Shown: positions 39,220 to 48,316 of the stretch, piece by piece
Numbering within the stretch: position 1 is the first letter of the stretch
Layout: each line of letters starts with the position of its first letter
Assembly: GCA_036677065.1 (NCBI GenBank)
Contig: JAKFBS010000011.1
Span: 1 to 64,000, forward strand
Origin: Bdellovibrio sp.
GTDB taxonomy: Bacteria > Bdellovibrionota > Bdellovibrionia > Bdellovibrionales > Bdellovibrionaceae
DNA length: 64,000 bases
Direction: 5' to 3'
Program-made: the position numbers and the translations under genes
Notes under the pieces: generated by a model
The model's input: the letters and a program-made list of their open reading frames with translations, nothing else
What the model was told of the DNA's origin: nothing
Database searches by the model: none

Positions 39220-39386
39220 ATGCCTGTACCCCAAAAGTCGCCGCTCGCACGACGGCCTTTGGTGGACAAATTCCAATACGGATTTGTCCCTTTTGTCAGA
39301 CTCATTTCAGTAAGTCCAACCCCTTTGCTCAGTCTCAGTTTAGTGAGACCAATCCCAGGTTATAGATTCAATCAGTCGAATCTATC
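39220..39386 (-). other. Structured intergenic RNA (array of five hairpins) between the flagellin genes
   Basis: Consecutive inverted repeats TAGATTC..GAATCTA, GTCTCA..TGAGAC, GACTTA..TGAGTC, GGACAAAT..ATTTGTCC, GCCGTC..GCGGC. Confidence 0.55.
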
Positions 39387-39388
39387 TA

Positions 39389-40228
39389 CTATCCTTTGTT
39401 CAACAACTGAAGAGCTAAGCCCGGTTGTTGATTCGCCTGTGCCAGTACTGATGTTCCAGCTTGCAGAAGAATATTCTGCTTCGCTAATTCAGTACTTTCA
39501 TCCGCGATGTCCGCATCTCTAATGCGTGAATTCGATGCTGACAAGTTCTCTAAGTTCGTTTGCAATCCCTCAACAGTTGAGTTCAATCTGTTTTGGATCG
39601 CCCCGAAACCTGCCCGTAGCTGATTCACGTAGTTGATCGCGCTATCTACATTGGCTAAGCTGCTCTGAGCAGACGTCTTATCCAAAATACTTGTTAAATC
39701 CAATCCCAGTGCGCCCGTACTCGCATCTGTTAATGTGGCGTCAAAAGAAATTCGGTCAAAGTCGGCCGAGTTCTTTACACCAATCTGGAAGTCCAACAAT
39801 CCGCCCGTTCCGTTAAGTAATGGCGTTCCGTTAAATTCTGCACTTCCTGTCATACGATCGATCTCTTCTAGTAGCTGCACGTATTCGACATTTGCCAATC
39901 CGCGCTCTCTATCCCCGATCGTATCTGATGCTGCTTGCACCCCTAATTCACGTAATCTAATGAGCATGTTACTAACTTCGCTTAATGATCCTTCTGCAGT
40001 CTGAATCATTGAGATACCGTCTTGCGCATTTCTGTTGGCCTGTTTAAGACCTCTCATTTGCGCTTTCATGTTTTCAGAAATCGCTAATCCCGCCGCATCG
40101 TCAGATGCTTTGTTGATTCTGCTTCCTGAAGACAATCTGGCCATCGCCGTATCCATTTTGTTCTTCGTACCCCATAATGCCTTTTGAGCATTTAGCGCCG
40201 TAACATTTGTACCAATTCTTAATCCCAT
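39389..40228 (-). CDS. fliC: Flagellin (279 aa)
   Basis: MGLRIGTNV start at 40228 with SD GGAGG; RLSSGSRINKASDDAAGLAISE; SRIRDADIA; QANQQPGLALQLL. Confidence 0.97.
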   Translation of the reverse strand: MGLRIGTNVTALNAQKALWGTKNKMDTAMARLSSGSRINKASDDAAGLAISENMKAQMRGLKQANRNAQDGISMIQTAEGSLSEVSNMLIRLRELGVQAASDTIGDRERGLANVEYVQLLEEIDRMTGSAEFNGTPLLNGTGGLLDFQIGVKNSADFDRISFDATLTDASTGALGLDLTSILDKTSAQSSLANVDSAINYVNQLRAGFGAIQNRLNSTVEGLQTNLENLSASNSRIRDADIADESTELAKQNILLQAGTSVLAQANQQPGLALQLLNKG

Positions 40229-40359
40229 AACTTCCTCCATGAAGCTGTTCCGGTGTGCTACTACTCTGTGAGACTCCTGTCTCACTTCGTTTCATACCGA
40301 AGCGGTTTGTTTTGAGAATCCATCCGTGAATTCTCAGAATCGTATTACTCTTAAACACT

Positions 40360-40386
40360 TTTTCGGCTCATCCTGAGAAAACTTGA
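40360..40386 (-). promoter_or_regulatory. Sigma-28 (FliA) promoter of the flagellin locus
   Basis: TCAAGTTT-N11-GCCGAAAA versus consensus TAAAGTTT-N11-GCCGATAA. Confidence 0.8.
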
Positions 40387-40553
40387 GACGTTCGTATCAA
40401 GAAAGATCACTTTTGGTCTTAGGTCTGTCCTGTAATGCAATTAAACACGTCCTGATGAATGTTTTGTCAAATTTTCGGACTAAAGTCTTTTGTTCAAAAC
40501 AGGCGTTTGTACGTGACTCTGTTGTTAAATTTCAGTAATTTTCATACTCATAT

Positions 40554-41834
40554 ATGGAAATACGCGATCCCATTCACGGTAGTATTTATCTCTCAGACGG
40601 CGAAGAAGCGATCATCGAATCAGTTGAATTTCAACGTCTGCGCGAAATCAAACAATTAGGTTTTTCTGAATTTAGTTTTCCGGGAGCAACTCATAATAGA
40701 TTTTTACATTCTATTGGTGTGAGCCATGTTTCGGGGTTAGTGTTTGACAGTATTTTCAGAGCGTATCCGTTAAAGTCTTCAAATAAAATTCGTTTTCGCC
40801 AGATGGTAAAATTAGCTGCGTTACTTCATGATGTGGGTCACGGCCCGCTATCACACACGACAGAACAAGTGATGCCCCAGCTTGATAAACTAAAGATTAA
40901 AATCTACCAAGAGCAAGGCGTTGATCAAAATCGCCAGGCCAATCACGAAGACTACACGATCAAGTTTGTGACTGATTCAAATATCGCAGACATTATTAAA
41001 AAATATTATTCTGATATCGACCCGTTACATGTGGCTTGTCTGATTGATAAAGAATTAAAATGTTCACCAGACGTTTTTACTGACGGGATCATTAACTTCA
41101 GACCTTTATTAAGTCAGATCGTAAGTTCAGAACTAGACGCTGATCGTATGGATTATCTAGAGCGCGATTCTTATTTCTGCGGGATTAACTACGGTAAGAT
41201 CGATCGTGATTGGTTAGTGCAGAACTTAACTTTGCATATTAAAGACCATAACGCATATTTAGCCCTCAATAGACGCGCACTGTATGCCTTTGATGATTTT
41301 TTAATTTCTCGTCATCATATGTACCTGATGGTGTACTTTCATCATAAGAGCATCATCTATGATGAAATGCTGAACCTGTACTTAGGTTCTAACGAGGCTA
41401 GTTTCAAAATTCCTGCTGAACTTGAAAGTTATATTCCGTACACCGACTATAAACTTTACGAACATTTAGACACGGTTCAAAACCCATGGGCTAAACGTAT
41501 TGCTGAACGTAAACCTTACCGCGTGGCGATTGAATTACATAACCAAGATAAAGCCCGCGTTGAAAATGTTCGCCGTTTATTAACAGACTCACAAATTCAT
41601 TCAATCTGGGCCAGCTCTGACGTTCGTCTATCTAAATACCACCAAACGATTTCAGATAACGATATCAACATCTTCGTGGTTGATCAGTACGACAAATGGG
41701 ATAAACCATCTCCGATCAACAATGCGACGCAGATCTTTCAAAAATACGAAGGCTCGCGCGTAATCGACCGCGTCTACGTAGCCCCTGAAAACTTCGATAC
41801 TGCCAAAAAGATTTTGTCAGAACAAAAGTACTAA
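40554..41834 (+). CDS. HD-domain phosphohydrolase (dNTP triphosphohydrolase/SAMHD1-like)
   Basis: IRDPIHG, FQRLREIKQLG, HNRFLHSIG, LLHDVGHGPLSH, DADRMDYL. Confidence 0.92.
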   Translation: MEIRDPIHGSIYLSDGEEAIIESVEFQRLREIKQLGFSEFSFPGATHNRFLHSIGVSHVSGLVFDSIFRAYPLKSSNKIRFRQMVKLAALLHDVGHGPLSHTTEQVMPQLDKLKIKIYQEQGVDQNRQANHEDYTIKFVTDSNIADIIKKYYSDIDPLHVACLIDKELKCSPDVFTDGIINFRPLLSQIVSSELDADRMDYLERDSYFCGINYGKIDRDWLVQNLTLHIKDHNAYLALNRRALYAFDDFLISRHHMYLMVYFHHKSIIYDEMLNLYLGSNEASFKIPAELESYIPYTDYKLYEHLDTVQNPWAKRIAERKPYRVAIELHNQDKARVENVRRLLTDSQIHSIWASSDVRLSKYHQTISDNDINIFVVDQYDKWDKPSPINNATQIFQKYEGSRVIDRVYVAPENFDTAKKILSEQKY

Positions 41835-41940
41835 ACCGTCGCCCGGATTCCAAATACATATAAAGCGTTTAAACAGCATTCACAGCTGTTCCGTCCATTG
41901 CATTGTTTTTACCGCACTGTTTTATAGCCAAAGTTGCTAT

Positions 41941-41950
41941 TGTATATACA
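41941..41950. promoter_or_regulatory. Palindromic operator in the toxin-antitoxin promoter
   Basis: TGTATATACA palindrome lying between TTGCTA (-35) and TAGGAT (-10). Confidence 0.6.
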
Positions 41951-41965
41951 TTGTGGTAGGATGAT

Positions 41966-42247
41966 ATGAAGTTTGAATGGGACCCCGAAAAAGCACAGAA
42001 TAATTTAATCAAACACGGAGTTCTTTTTGAAGAAGCCCAAACAGTTTTTTTAGATCTTCGTTCACTTGAACTTTTTGATCACAGCACTGAACACGAAGAT
42101 CGCTTTATTCAAGTTGGTTATTCTTATAAGACTCGATTATTAACTGTTGTCTTTTGCGAACGTGATAACGAACACATTAGAATTATTTCTGCACGAAGAG
42201 CTTCTGCAGAAGAAAGGAAACTTTATGAAGAAAGATTTAGATCTTAA
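41966..42247 (+). CDS. brnT: BrnT family toxin
   Basis: MKFEWDPEKAQNNLIKHGVLFEEA...IRIISARRA signature. Confidence 0.93.
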   Translation: MKFEWDPEKAQNNLIKHGVLFEEAQTVFLDLRSLELFDHSTEHEDRFIQVGYSYKTRLLTVVFCERDNEHIRIISARRASAEERKLYEERFRS

Positions 42248-42452
42248 AAAAATGAAGCAACGACCTGGAAGGGTTTATCCTGAAGCTGCAAAAACTGCCA
42301 TCAACGTAAGACTAGATACAAGCGTCGTTGCTGATATTAAATACGAAGCGCATCGATTAGGTATACCGTATCAAACGCTGATAAACAGTGTTTTACACCG
42401 CTTTACTACAGGTGAACTTATCGACAAAGGTATTAAAAAAACAGGTTCGTAA
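42225..42452 (+). CDS. BrnA/CopG-like ribbon-helix-helix antitoxin
   Basis: KTAINVRLD...GIPYQTLINSVLH; ATG 42225 with SD AAGGA overlaps the toxin 3' end. Confidence 0.85.
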   Translation: MKKDLDLKKMKQRPGRVYPEAAKTAINVRLDTSVVADIKYEAHRLGIPYQTLINSVLHRFTTGELIDKGIKKTGS

Positions 42453-42731
42453 CTATTTTTTCAATGTGCAGGTCTTTTTATAACAGATCGCTTCGCGTTT
42501 ACGTTTATCGATCGGCATGCAATCTACGTAAGGCATGATTTTTTTTGCATGCTCTTCAAATTGAATTTTATATTTCTTATTCACTGCGTCCGGACCACAA
42601 GCGCCTGCGCCAATAGTACAATCAGAATCTTTGGCGCATTTAAACCAAATCTTTTTGTCTGGTTCAGGTCCTGATTCAGCATGCGCAAAGCCGATAACCA
42701 TGTATATAGACAAAAAGATTAATGTTTTCAT
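42453..42731 (-). CDS. Small secreted six-cysteine protein
   Basis: Signal peptide (AHA cleavage), C-x5-C-x6-C...C...C-x4-C; abuts the thiolase stop. Confidence 0.65.
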   Translation of the reverse strand: MKTLIFLSIYMVIGFAHAESGPEPDKKIWFKCAKDSDCTIGAGACGPDAVNKKYKIQFEEHAKKIMPYVDCMPIDKRKREAICYKKTCTLKK

Positions 42732-43913
42732 TTATACTCGCTCTAATATCATGGCGATACCTTGACCGCCGCCGATACAGGCTGAACCTAGTGCATACTT
42801 TGCTTGGCGCTTTTGTAATTCATACGCCAATAGATTCATAATGCGCGTACCTGAGGCTCCGAGTGGATGCCCCACGGCAATCGCTCCTCCGCGCACGTTG
42901 GTTTTTTCTTTATTTAATTTTAATTCTTTCTCTACGGCTAAGTACTGGGCTGCGAAAGCTTCGTTCACTTCGACTAGATCCATTTGATCAATGCCAAGAC
43001 CTGCGCGCTCTAAAGCTTTTCTTGCTGCGGGTGCTGGGCCGATGCCCATGATTTTTGGATCGCAACCAACTGAGGCCCAAGAAACAATTCTAGCCATTGG
43101 TTTTAAGCCGTGGGCTTTTACAAATGATTCGCTGGCGATCAATGAAGTTGCTGCACCGTCGACGATTCCTGATGCTGTGGCTGCAGTTACTAAACCATCT
43201 TTTTTAAACATGGCCTTCATAGCTCCGATTTTTTCTACAGTGACTTCTGGTTTTGGGTGTTCATCTTTATCGATGATCACTTCACCCTTTTTTGTCGTGA
43301 TTTTTACAGGCGTGATTTCATCTTTGAAAAGACCTGCATCTAAAGCTTTTTTATATTTTTGCTGAGTAAAGACTGAGTATTCATCACATTGCTGTCTTGT
43401 GATGCCGTACATCTCACCTAGATTTTCTGCGGTGATCGCCATTGGTGTTCCTGTGTACAGATCAGTTAACGCTGAAGTCATTGCGTCTTCTAATTCGAAA
43501 TTTCCCATGCGCATGCCATCAAATCTAACTTTTCTGGCAACATAGGGAATTTGTGACATTTGTTCTACGCCACCGGCTAAGATACATTGTGCTTGGCCAG
43601 TTAAAATCATTTCTGCCGCACTGGCGATAGATTGAAACCCTGATCCACATAAACGATTAACTAAATAAGCACCGCGCTCGACCGGAATTCCAAGTTTTAA
43701 TCCCACATGCCTTGCGACATACGCAGCATCGGCTCCGCTTTGTACAACATTACCAATAATTGTGTGATCGATTTTATCTGCAGTGATACCTGCAGCTTCT
43801 AATGTGGCTTTGCCTGCTGCGACTGTTAAGTCAGTTGCCGACACATCTTTTAAGCCACCACCAAATGAACCAAACGCTGTTCTTTTACCAGATACTAAAT
43901 AAATTTTTTCCAT
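42732..43913 (-). CDS. Acetyl-CoA C-acetyltransferase (thiolase)
   Basis: RTAFGSFGG, NRLCGSG, NEAFAAQ, GHPLGASG, CIGGGQG. Confidence 0.95.
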   Translation of the reverse strand: MEKIYLVSGKRTAFGSFGGGLKDVSATDLTVAAGKATLEAAGITADKIDHTIIGNVVQSGADAAYVARHVGLKLGIPVERGAYLVNRLCGSGFQSIASAAEMILTGQAQCILAGGVEQMSQIPYVARKVRFDGMRMGNFELEDAMTSALTDLYTGTPMAITAENLGEMYGITRQQCDEYSVFTQQKYKKALDAGLFKDEITPVKITTKKGEVIIDKDEHPKPEVTVEKIGAMKAMFKKDGLVTAATASGIVDGAATSLIASESFVKAHGLKPMARIVSWASVGCDPKIMGIGPAPAARKALERAGLGIDQMDLVEVNEAFAAQYLAVEKELKLNKEKTNVRGGAIAVGHPLGASGTRIMNLLAYELQKRQAKYALGSACIGGGQGIAMILERV

Positions 43914-43952
43914 ACGTTATTAGATCTTAGAAAGTCAGACGAGACAATGAAA

Positions 43953-44507
43953 TTACCATTTCCATTTAAGCGATACGGCAGACTTCTGTTCGTGATTAGA
44001 CATTTCGTGCGAAAGCACTAAATCATTTTTATCAGATAAGGCTTCTGAGACTTCTGCTGCTGCGCGCGCTGCCTTTAAGTCGTAATTAAGTGCGGCATTT
44101 ACCCAACCCGTGTATTGAATCTTAGCCAAAGCCTGGATAGCTAAGACTTTAAAATTGAAGCGGTGATCGACTTGATTTTCGTCTTTAAACGAAGCTTCAA
44201 CGTTTAATTTTTTCTCTGCTGATTCAACGGCTTTCCCTGCTGTTGAATGACGAAGTGGCGAATGTTTCCAGTATAATGATAAACTGTTATCAGCCACTTT
44301 TGTTAAAAAAGACTGTGAAGTTTCATCTGCAGAGATTCGTTCTGGCAAAATTTCGCCAGCAAAAACATCCGATAATGATTCCGCACCAGCCTTTGCCGGT
44401 AATACTAATTTTTTCGTGTTCGCAACGTTCACTTTTGCCGAGGCCAAACTGCCTAAGCTTAAAACTGAGAACATTGTAAATAGGGTTAAAACGAATCTAA
44501 CAACCAT
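43953..44507 (-). CDS. Hypothetical exported protein
   Basis: Hydrophobic signal-like N-terminus from ATG 44507 (ORF extends to TTG 44552); beta-strand C-terminus ending WKW. Confidence 0.6.
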   Translation of the reverse strand: MVVRFVLTLFTMFSVLSLGSLASAKVNVANTKKLVLPAKAGAESLSDVFAGEILPERISADETSQSFLTKVADNSLSLYWKHSPLRHSTAGKAVESAEKKLNVEASFKDENQVDHRFNFKVLAIQALAKIQYTGWVNAALNYDLKAARAAAEVSEALSDKNDLVLSHEMSNHEQKSAVSLKWKW

Positions 44508-44679
44508 ACCTGATATATATTCAAGTCCTGGGCCACTCTTAGACGGTGGCAAAGCGACCTATTCGACCTAATAGGCTTATTATGAGACACACTGTCAAAC
44601 CTGTTGCCAGGTGGTGATATTGTTTTAACCTTAGAGTCAGGTTGATACGTCTTAGAAGTAGCTTCAAGGAGGAGGCAAC

Positions 44680-44814
44680 ATGAACAAAACAATGTTTTTC
44701 TTAATGGCAGCTATGGTGTTTTTCGCATTCTTTTCAGGGTGTGCTTCGATCCAAAATTCAGAAAGTAAACCTAGCACTAGAGTAACCAATTACGATCGAC
44801 TTCCGTTTCTGTAA
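44680..44814 (+). CDS. Small lipoprotein (44 aa), absent from the ORF track
   Basis: SD AAGGAGGAGG; MNKTMFFLMAAMVFFAFFSG-CASIQNSESKPSTRVTNYDRLPFL; lipobox FSG-C. Confidence 0.75.
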   Translation: MNKTMFFLMAAMVFFAFFSGCASIQNSESKPSTRVTNYDRLPFL

Positions 44815-44859
44815 TATTACATTTGATTCGGCATACAAACTCCATAACAATGGGTTTGT

Positions 44860-45924
44860 ATGCGTAACCTATCTTTAAAATTAATTTTATTTTTTGTTTG
44901 TTGTCTTATTACTTCGAGCCTTCAGGCGCAAATTTCTGTCGGTTTAAGAGAATCCGCAATGGGTAACAGTGGTGCGGCTATTACTGAATCCTCGGCCCCT
45001 TCATTTTACAATCCAGCACTGTTAGCTGAACGACAAAAAAGTTATTTCAGTGTCACTGGAACAACTTTAACTTCGTTTAAATCTAAAAGCGATACCGAAG
45101 AATTCAATTCAACAAAGTTTGCGCCGAATTATTTGTCGAGCATTCATGCCTTTGAAAATTATGTTCACGAATTTTCGCTTGTGAACCAGATCTCTCTTGA
45201 TGCAAGAACGTCTTCACCTATCACCGATGGCACAAAAAACACGAGCATTAGAACAGACCAGTACAACCTGGCTTATTCTTTTGCGTTTCGAAATTTTCCG
45301 TTCGGATTTCAGTTAGGTCTGCGCATTAATGAAAGCAGCTTTAATGTTAATCAATCCACCAATGATGGCAACATTGCCACCGGAGCTAATTTCGATATCT
45401 CGCGAAGAACCGGGCATTTGTTCGCAGGGTTTGGCGGCATTCACCAATTTGGCAGCAGCTATCGTTTTGGTTATAAATATGAATCAACTGGATTACGCGT
45501 TTATGATAAGACTGAACAAGCTGGATCATATTATTATTACGATAAAGGTAATAACTTATTTACTTCAGGCCAAACAGAAGGTTCAGTTGGCGATAATCCT
45601 ATCTACACGCAAGCTGTCATCTTCGGACACAGTTTTTTAGCGGCTGATCATGAGTTTCTAACTGATTCACGGTTCAATGCAACTGATGCAAGTGAAAACA
45701 CTTATAATTTTTTTCAAACTTTTGGATATAAATTAAACTTCTCGAACCAAATGCAATTTATGACCGGTGCATCTTATGAATTCGACACCAATGCAAAATA
45801 TGTTTCTGCTGGGTATTCTTGGCTGACGAACACTTTACGTTCAACGATCAGTGCATATCACGCCGAAGATGGCAGCGATATGCAATCCACAGGGTTTACC
45901 TTCGGCAGTGAATTTATTTATTAA
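44860..45924 (+). CDS. Outer-membrane beta-barrel, FadL/TodX-like
   Basis: Signal peptide; GLRESAMGNSGAA...FYNPALL hatch motif; terminal aromatic strand FGSEFIY. Confidence 0.7.
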   Translation: MRNLSLKLILFFVCCLITSSLQAQISVGLRESAMGNSGAAITESSAPSFYNPALLAERQKSYFSVTGTTLTSFKSKSDTEEFNSTKFAPNYLSSIHAFENYVHEFSLVNQISLDARTSSPITDGTKNTSIRTDQYNLAYSFAFRNFPFGFQLGLRINESSFNVNQSTNDGNIATGANFDISRRTGHLFAGFGGIHQFGSSYRFGYKYESTGLRVYDKTEQAGSYYYYDKGNNLFTSGQTEGSVGDNPIYTQAVIFGHSFLAADHEFLTDSRFNATDASENTYNFFQTFGYKLNFSNQMQFMTGASYEFDTNAKYVSAGYSWLTNTLRSTISAYHAEDGSDMQSTGFTFGSEFIY

Positions 45925-47197
45925 GCGTTACACTTTCAAATAATGTTCCGATAGTGCGCTGCAAATTAAAATGCATTGAAACTAAATTTCTTTTTAGCTG
46001 CAAATTTGATTGCCAGTAATTAGAACGCGTATCGACTGCAGCGATCATATCTTTAAATTCAACATCTTCGCCTTTTTCTATTTTGCGAAATATTTCTGTG
46101 ATACGCGCATCGGCTTGCTGTAAATTTTGTTGTTGCAAGCTATGTAAATGCTCTAGATTGGCTAAGGCTTGATAGCGTGAATTTAAACTGTATTGCACAT
46201 CCGCTAAAGTGGCATCGCGCTCACTGCGAGTCGCCGCTAAATCTTTGTTACCGGCACGGTTACGATACACAGAACCAGCACCGATCGTGTATGTTACTGA
46301 AAGGCCCACGTAAGCGCCTTTTGATTGCATGGGGTCACTGCCCGATGTACGCGTATTGTTACCACTGTAACTGGCATTTAAATCCACTTGTGGACGAAAC
46401 ATTCTTCTTTTATCAGCTTCGCGTTCATGTGTTTCTGCGGCTAAACGATGATCCATACTTTGAATATCCGGGCTTTTACTTATAGCTAATTCAAAAGCTT
46501 GTTCAGCATTATTCGGAATCGTTAATCCTTTGCGCATTTGCTCTAAATTTTCCAGACTTGAAGCTTGTGGAGCGGCCAATGTCGTAAAGTAGGTAAAATC
46601 CTTTTGCGCTTCACTAATACCGAAATCAACATTAACGTTAGCTGTCTGCAAATCATTGATTCTTTGATCCAGAGTTTTTCCTTCTTCTTCATTCAATGAT
46701 GCTTTTTTCAGAAACTCTAATTTTTTTTCCAGATCAACAACAAAACTTTTTTGCTCATAATTTTCTACGAGCCCAATGTAGGCTTCAAAAACAGAACTGG
46801 CAAAACTTCCGCGCGTATTCGGAATACGTGAATTACTTGAATTATATTCAGCATCCATGGCTTTTAAACGCTCTTCAGAAGCCCGCAGTGACTCTACATC
46901 GGCCCCGCCATTATAAAGATTCATTGATATGCCAACGCTGTTACTACGCCCCGTTGAGCGATTGGTTCCGGGCACACCACCAACTTCGCGGGTCGAATGA
47001 TACACTGAACTAGAAATATTCAGCGAGGGAAATAAATCCATGTATTGGGCTTTTTTACGGTCTTGCATAGCCTGAACTCGTAAATCTATAGCTGCTGTAC
47101 GTGGGTTATTTTGAATAGCGCTTTTAATCGCATCTTTTAATCCAATGCCATAAGAGGTAGAGGCACTCAACGTAACGTACAGAATCAGTTTTTTCAT
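45914..47197 (-). CDS. TolC family outer-membrane protein
   Basis: LKDAIKSAIQNNP, DLFPSLNIS, NLYNGG, second repeat AISKSPDI...FRPQVDLNASY. Confidence 0.85.
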   Translation of the reverse strand: MKKLILYVTLSASTSYGIGLKDAIKSAIQNNPRTAAIDLRVQAMQDRKKAQYMDLFPSLNISSSVYHSTREVGGVPGTNRSTGRSNSVGISMNLYNGGADVESLRASEERLKAMDAEYNSSNSRIPNTRGSFASSVFEAYIGLVENYEQKSFVVDLEKKLEFLKKASLNEEEGKTLDQRINDLQTANVNVDFGISEAQKDFTYFTTLAAPQASSLENLEQMRKGLTIPNNAEQAFELAISKSPDIQSMDHRLAAETHEREADKRRMFRPQVDLNASYSGNNTRTSGSDPMQSKGAYVGLSVTYTIGAGSVYRNRAGNKDLAATRSERDATLADVQYSLNSRYQALANLEHLHSLQQQNLQQADARITEIFRKIEKGEDVEFKDMIAAVDTRSNYWQSNLQLKRNLVSMHFNLQRTIGTLFESVTLNK

Positions 47198-47307
47198 ATT
47201 TACTCCTGAACCGGAGTGAGTTTACAAAGACCGTGCCGAGGCCTATTCGATTAAGTTAGAAAGGAGTGTCTTATGTTTAGACAATGAACGACGATTTGCT
47301 GATCTTG

Positions 47308-48312
47308 TTATTCGTTGTCTAAGATATAGTTCGCAGGATTTACGGCAATACCGTTCACGCGAACTTCATAATGACAGTGTGGGCCCGTCGATCTACCCGT
47401 GCTTCCAACGGCGGCGATCACATCATAACGTGAAACTTTTTGCCCGACTTGCACAAAGATTTGTGAATTATGCGCAAAACGCGTTAGCACGCCGTAACCG
47501 TGATCGATCGAAACAAGCTTACCGAATTGATCATCCCAGCCGGCAAAACTAACAATTCCATCAGCAGGCGCACGCACTGGTGTTCCCGGAGGAGCGGTAA
47601 TATCTAAACCTGCATGCATTTTTTGACGACCGTTAATCGGATCAATGCGATAACCAAAACGTGACCCGATCGGCCCGCGTGCTGGTTGAATACTTGGCGT
47701 TGCTGCTAATAAACTTTGGCGATCTGATAACAGCTCCCATAATTCAATCACAGATTGTTCTTTTAAATTCGAATCTTTCACCGCTTGATCAATGCGAATC
47801 ACTAAGGATGCATAATTAGCTGAAGATTTTTCTGAAGCCACTTCGCCTTTTAACGGATTCAGCGGAGTTTCAGTTTCAATGACCGGATCATCGCGTTCCA
47901 TATCATCTAAGCTCATACGCGGATTTGGATCATCAAGCCTTGAACCCACTACTTGCGCTGCCGGAAAATTTAATTTTTCTGGACGGTCTTTTAACTGAAC
48001 ATCTGTAATTAATTTTAATTTATTAGAAACATTTGTGACCCGGTCCATTGCTGATTGTAATGAATCTAGCTTGGCTTCAACCACCTGGAATTGGTTTTTT
48101 AATTCGATGTTTTCTAATTTTAATTTTTTATTTTCTAACGACTGGGCAAGTAAACCAAAATAATCAATGAAGCCTGCCATTAATAAAACGGCAAATAGCC
48201 CTACAAAAAATAACGAAATTTTAAAATAGGCGACCGGTAAGCTGATCTTTTTAGTTTCGCTTTCATTACTAGTAACAAAATAAAGAGTGATCTGTTTACG
48301 TGGTTCGCTCAT
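47308..48312 (-). CDS. M23 family metallopeptidase with TM anchor and coiled coil
   Basis: HAGLD (HxxxD), GSTGRSTGPHCHYEV (HxH). Confidence 0.93.
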   Translation of the reverse strand: MSEPRKQITLYFVTSNESETKKISLPVAYFKISLFFVGLFAVLLMAGFIDYFGLLAQSLENKKLKLENIELKNQFQVVEAKLDSLQSAMDRVTNVSNKLKLITDVQLKDRPEKLNFPAAQVVGSRLDDPNPRMSLDDMERDDPVIETETPLNPLKGEVASEKSSANYASLVIRIDQAVKDSNLKEQSVIELWELLSDRQSLLAATPSIQPARGPIGSRFGYRIDPINGRQKMHAGLDITAPPGTPVRAPADGIVSFAGWDDQFGKLVSIDHGYGVLTRFAHNSQIFVQVGQKVSRYDVIAAVGSTGRSTGPHCHYEVRVNGIAVNPANYILDNE

Positions 48313-48316
48313 GCTT

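Noticed and set aside
39220..39386. c-di-GMP riboswitch or tRNA in the flagellin intergenic region
   Set aside because: No GEMM-type GNRA/receptor consensus or tRNA cloverleaf/TTC arm was recognised; kept only as an unclassified structured element.
39220..39522. 100-aa plus-strand ORF between/over the flagellins
   Set aside because: Antisense to flagellin, no SD, and it overlies the hairpin array; no recognisable protein features.
40229..40285. N-terminal extensions in the ORF track (flagellin 40285; also 60076, 55035, 42147, 35854, 59435)
   Set aside because: Downstream ATGs give family-typical or signal-peptide N-termini and better SD or promoter context.
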